Below are positions 60,788 to 64,000 of a stretch of 64,000 nucleotides of DNA, piece after piece; positions within the stretch are counted from its first letter, which is position 1; every line of letters starts with the position of its first letter. The notes under the pieces are model-generated. The model searched no databases. It was given only the letters and a program-made list of their open reading frames with translations, and was not told the origin of the DNA. The DNA lies in the NCBI GenBank assembly GCA_038087875.1, contig CM075998.1, forward strand, positions 4,218,001 through 4,282,000. The letters are read 5' to 3'. The translations under genes were made by a program, and so were the position numbers. The stretch comes from Malacoraja senta. Lineage: Eukaryota.

Positions 60788-61855
60788 TTGGATTTTACAT
60801 TTTCTTACAAACAGACAACAAAGAGTCAAGGTGGGTGAAAAACTCTCCAGCCCTCTGACTATCAATACAGGAGCCCCTCAAGGGTGCGTTTCTGTCACCT
60901 CAGCTCTTCTCACTTTACACCAACAACCTCACATCCCAATGCAGCTCAGTTAAAATTTTCAAATATGCAGACGACACGACAATAATTGGCCTCATCTCAG
61001 ACAACAATGAATCACAATACCATCAAACAGTGGACAGCGCAGTCAAATGATGCGCAGAAAACAACCTCCAGCTTAACACCTCAAAAACCTTAGAAACCAT
61101 CATAGATTTCAGACGCAAACAAAACCTCAAACCCGCGGTCCATGTCAACTCCCATCCCATAACCTCCACGAACTTATTTAAGTTTCTGGGCACCTATATC
61201 TGCAATAATCTAAAATGGCACATCAATGCTGACCACATCATTAAGAAAGGACAACAACGCCTATACTTCCTCAGACAGCTCAAAAAGTTCAGAGTCCACA
61301 AACACCTCCTGGTACGCTTCTATCAATCCATCATTGAAAGCATCATCACCTCCTCAATCACAGTCTGGTACGGAAACACTGACAGTCATTCACTACACAG
61401 AATACAGCGCATTGTCTCCAAGGCCTCTAGGATCATCAACTCTCCCCTCCCCTCAATCCATTCCATTTACCTCCAACGTACCTCAAAACGGGCAACAAAG
61501 ATCATCTCGGACCCCTCCCATCCAGCAAACCACCTTTTCCAGTCTCTCCCTTCAGGGAGGCGCCTTAGGTCACTTGCTACAAAATCCACCCGTTTTAAAA
61601 ACAATTTCTTCCCCTCAGCAATAAGAACACTTAATTCCCTCCAATAACATTTTGACTTTGATGTATACAGTGTCTTGTCTATGGTTTTTGTCTGTTCTTT
61701 TGCACTATGTATTGTTGGTGAGATTTGTGATTTGTGATGTGCTTTATTATTATTGTTATTAGTGTTAATGTGCTAAAGCAGTACCATCATGTACCGAACC
61801 CAATTACCACCAACCCTGGTCGTGTGGCAAATAAAGTTTCTATTCTATTCTATTC
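60788..61855 (+). mobile_element. 5'-truncated Rex1/Babar-like LINE
   Basis: GAPQGCV, KYADDTTIIGLI, KKGQQRLYFLRQL, DPSHP..LPSGRR; AATAAA and (TTCTA)n tail; stop at 61048 and a frameshift at ~60890. Confidence 0.85.
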
Positions 61856-62377
61856 AATGCTTGTGCCGAACATGAAGCCCAGTTAATTCATCTCATCTGC
61901 CTGTACATGACCCTGCACGTCCATGTGCCGATCTGTAGAACGCACAAACCTGGTGGTGGAGGTCAGTCGAGGACGCGCCGCTGATAACAAAGACAGACAC
62001 ACAACGCTGGAGTAACTCAGCGGGACAGGCAGCATCTCCGGAGAGAAGGAATGGGCGACGTTTCGGGTCGAGACCCTTCTTCAGACTCAACCCAAAACGG
62101 ACCCAAGAGGGATCATTGGGACTTCGCCGTCCATCACAGTGAGGAATGTGGAGGAGTCACTGTGGTGGATGTTTATGTTAAAATGTATTTTGTGTGTTCT
62201 GTTGCTTTTTATTGGTATGACTGTATCGCAAATGAAATTCCTCGTATGTTGCAAAACATACTTGGCTAATAAAATATGATTATGATTATGATTGAACACT
62301 TTGTAACTTTGACCTCACTTATACTTAGCGACTCTTCCATACCTTGTGTGTGGTACACGAGACAAAAAATGTCCATT

Positions 62378-63012
62378 TATAACAAGAGGACTCGAATATA
62401 GGAGCAAAGAGGTCCTTCTGCAGTTGTACAGGGCCCTAGTGAGACCACACCTGGAGTATTGTGTACAGTTTTGGTCCCCTAATTTGAGGATGGACATTCT
62501 TGCTATTGAGGGAGTGCAGCGTGGGTTTACAAGGTTAATTCCCGGGATGGCGGGACTGTCATATGCTGAGGGAATGGAGCGGCTGGGCTTGTACACTCTG
62601 GAGTTTAGAAGGATGAGAGGGAATCTTATTGAAACATATAAGATTGTTAAGGGTTTGGACACACTAGAAGCAGGAAACATGTTCCCGATGTTGGGGGAGT
62701 CCAGAACCAGCGGCCACACAGTTTAAGAATAAGGAGTCAGCCATTTAGAACGGAGACGAGGAAACACTTTTTCTCACAGAGAGTTGTGAGTCTGTGGGAT
62801 TCTCTGCCTCAGAGGGCGGTGGAGGCAGGTTCTCTGGATAATTTCAAGAGAGAGCTAGATAGGGCTCTTAAAAATAGCGGAGTCAGGGGATATGGGGAGA
62901 AGGCAGGAACGGGGTACTGATTGGGGATGATCAGCCATGATCACATTGAATGGCGGTGCTGGCTCGAAGGGCCGAATGGCCTACTCCTGCACCTATTGTC
63001 TATTGTCTATTG
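62378..63012 (+). mobile_element. 5'-truncated CR1 3' fragment
   Basis: 'LVRPHLEYCVQFWSP' plus 3'UTR and (CTATTGT)n tail. Confidence 0.9.
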
Positions 63013-63435
63013 TCCCTGTGACGTGTCACAGGTGATAATGAAGTATCATTTAATCAATAGTACATCACAGGAACAGGCGCACAATGAATCTTCCAGTTTA
63101 CCCTGGACCGCTTCTGTACAGTTTGCTGAGTATGTTTCTAGATTTTACCCTCACTGTGTAAAATGTTTAATTTCCATGCACGGTTTGAATTTTTCATCTT
63201 TTTGTTTTTAGTTCGTTTCAGTGACGCTTCTTCTGGTTTTAATCCGTCGGCGGCAAAAGCAGGTAGTCCAGAGGAAGACTTCGTCAAGCCGTGCATCGAG
63301 GCTCAGTCTCGCTAAAGTTCAATTGCAACAACAACAAACTCACCTCCAGATTCAGGGACAGTTCGTCCCAGCTGTTATCAAGCAACTGAAAGCGTCCTAC
63401 CAACAACAAGAGAGCTACCGTCGACTAAAATGATG

Positions 63436-63708
63436 ATGAGGCCACGTTGGGAGTATTGTGAGCATTTCAGTCATCACACAGGGAAGGATGTGGAGGCTTT
63501 GGCGGAGGATGCTGGAGTAGCTTCACCAGATGCTGCCCGGATCAGAGGGTATTCGCTGTCAGGAGAGGTTGGACAGACTTGGATGGTTTCCGTTGGAACA
63601 TCAGAAGCTGAGGGGAGATCTGGTCGATGTGGATAGTATTATGAGAGGCGTAGATTGGGTAGACAGTCAGAACCTTTTTTTCCCCAGGGTGGAAATGTCA
63701 AAGACAAG
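63436..63708 (+). mobile_element. Old CR1 ORF2 C-terminal fragment
   Basis: 'ERLDRLGWFPLEHQKLRGDL'. Confidence 0.7.
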
Positions 63709-63719
63709 ATGTCAAATCT

Positions 63720-64000
63720 CAAATGCATCATCACGGACCAGTCGCACCCCGGCCACTCCCTCTTCTCCCCTCTCCCATCAGGCAAGAGGTACAGAAGTGT
63801 GAAAACAAACGCACACACACCTCCAGATTCAGGGGCAGTTTCTTCCCAGCTGTTATCAGGCAACTGAACCGTCCTCTCACCAACTAGAGAGCAATGCTGA
63901 ACTACTATCTACCTCATTGGACTATCTTTGATCGGACTTTACCTCGCACTAAACCGTATACATGATAAACCGTATTTATCATGTATCTGTACACTGTGGA
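63720..64000 (+). mobile_element. Rex1/Babar-like LINE 3' end (related pieces at 63340-63420 and 58881-59070)
   Basis: 'IITDQSHPGHSLFSPLPSGKRYRS' plus 3'UTR. Confidence 0.75.

Overview
This is repeat-dominated eukaryotic DNA, not prokaryotic. The HE1/V-SINE-type SINEs, CR1 LINEs and Penelope-derived repeats suggest a cartilaginous fish such as a skate or ray (inference). The centre (6359-41579) is a ~35 kb CpG-rich 20-bp tandem satellite (consensus (T/A)T(A/G)TGGCGACCTTGCCGGA(T/A), roughly 1,400 monomers) with kb-scale higher-order blocks, bounded on both sides by 200-N assembly gaps. Two minus-strand CR1 retrotransposons interrupt it at almost the same monomer phase. One is full length (4.36 kb, ORF1 intact, two lesions in ORF2). 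The other is internally deleted (no RT domain) and has inverted satellite sequence at its 5' junction. The flanks carry SINEs, CR1, Rex1/Babar and Vingi-like fragments, Penelope remnants with minimal hammerhead-like motifs and perfect palindromes, two PIF/Harbinger-like MITEs, several minisatellites and one CpG island with a candidate first exon. The hundreds of 'MATLPDLWRPCRIYGDLAG' ORFs are satellite artefacts. No host protein-coding gene could be identified with confidence.
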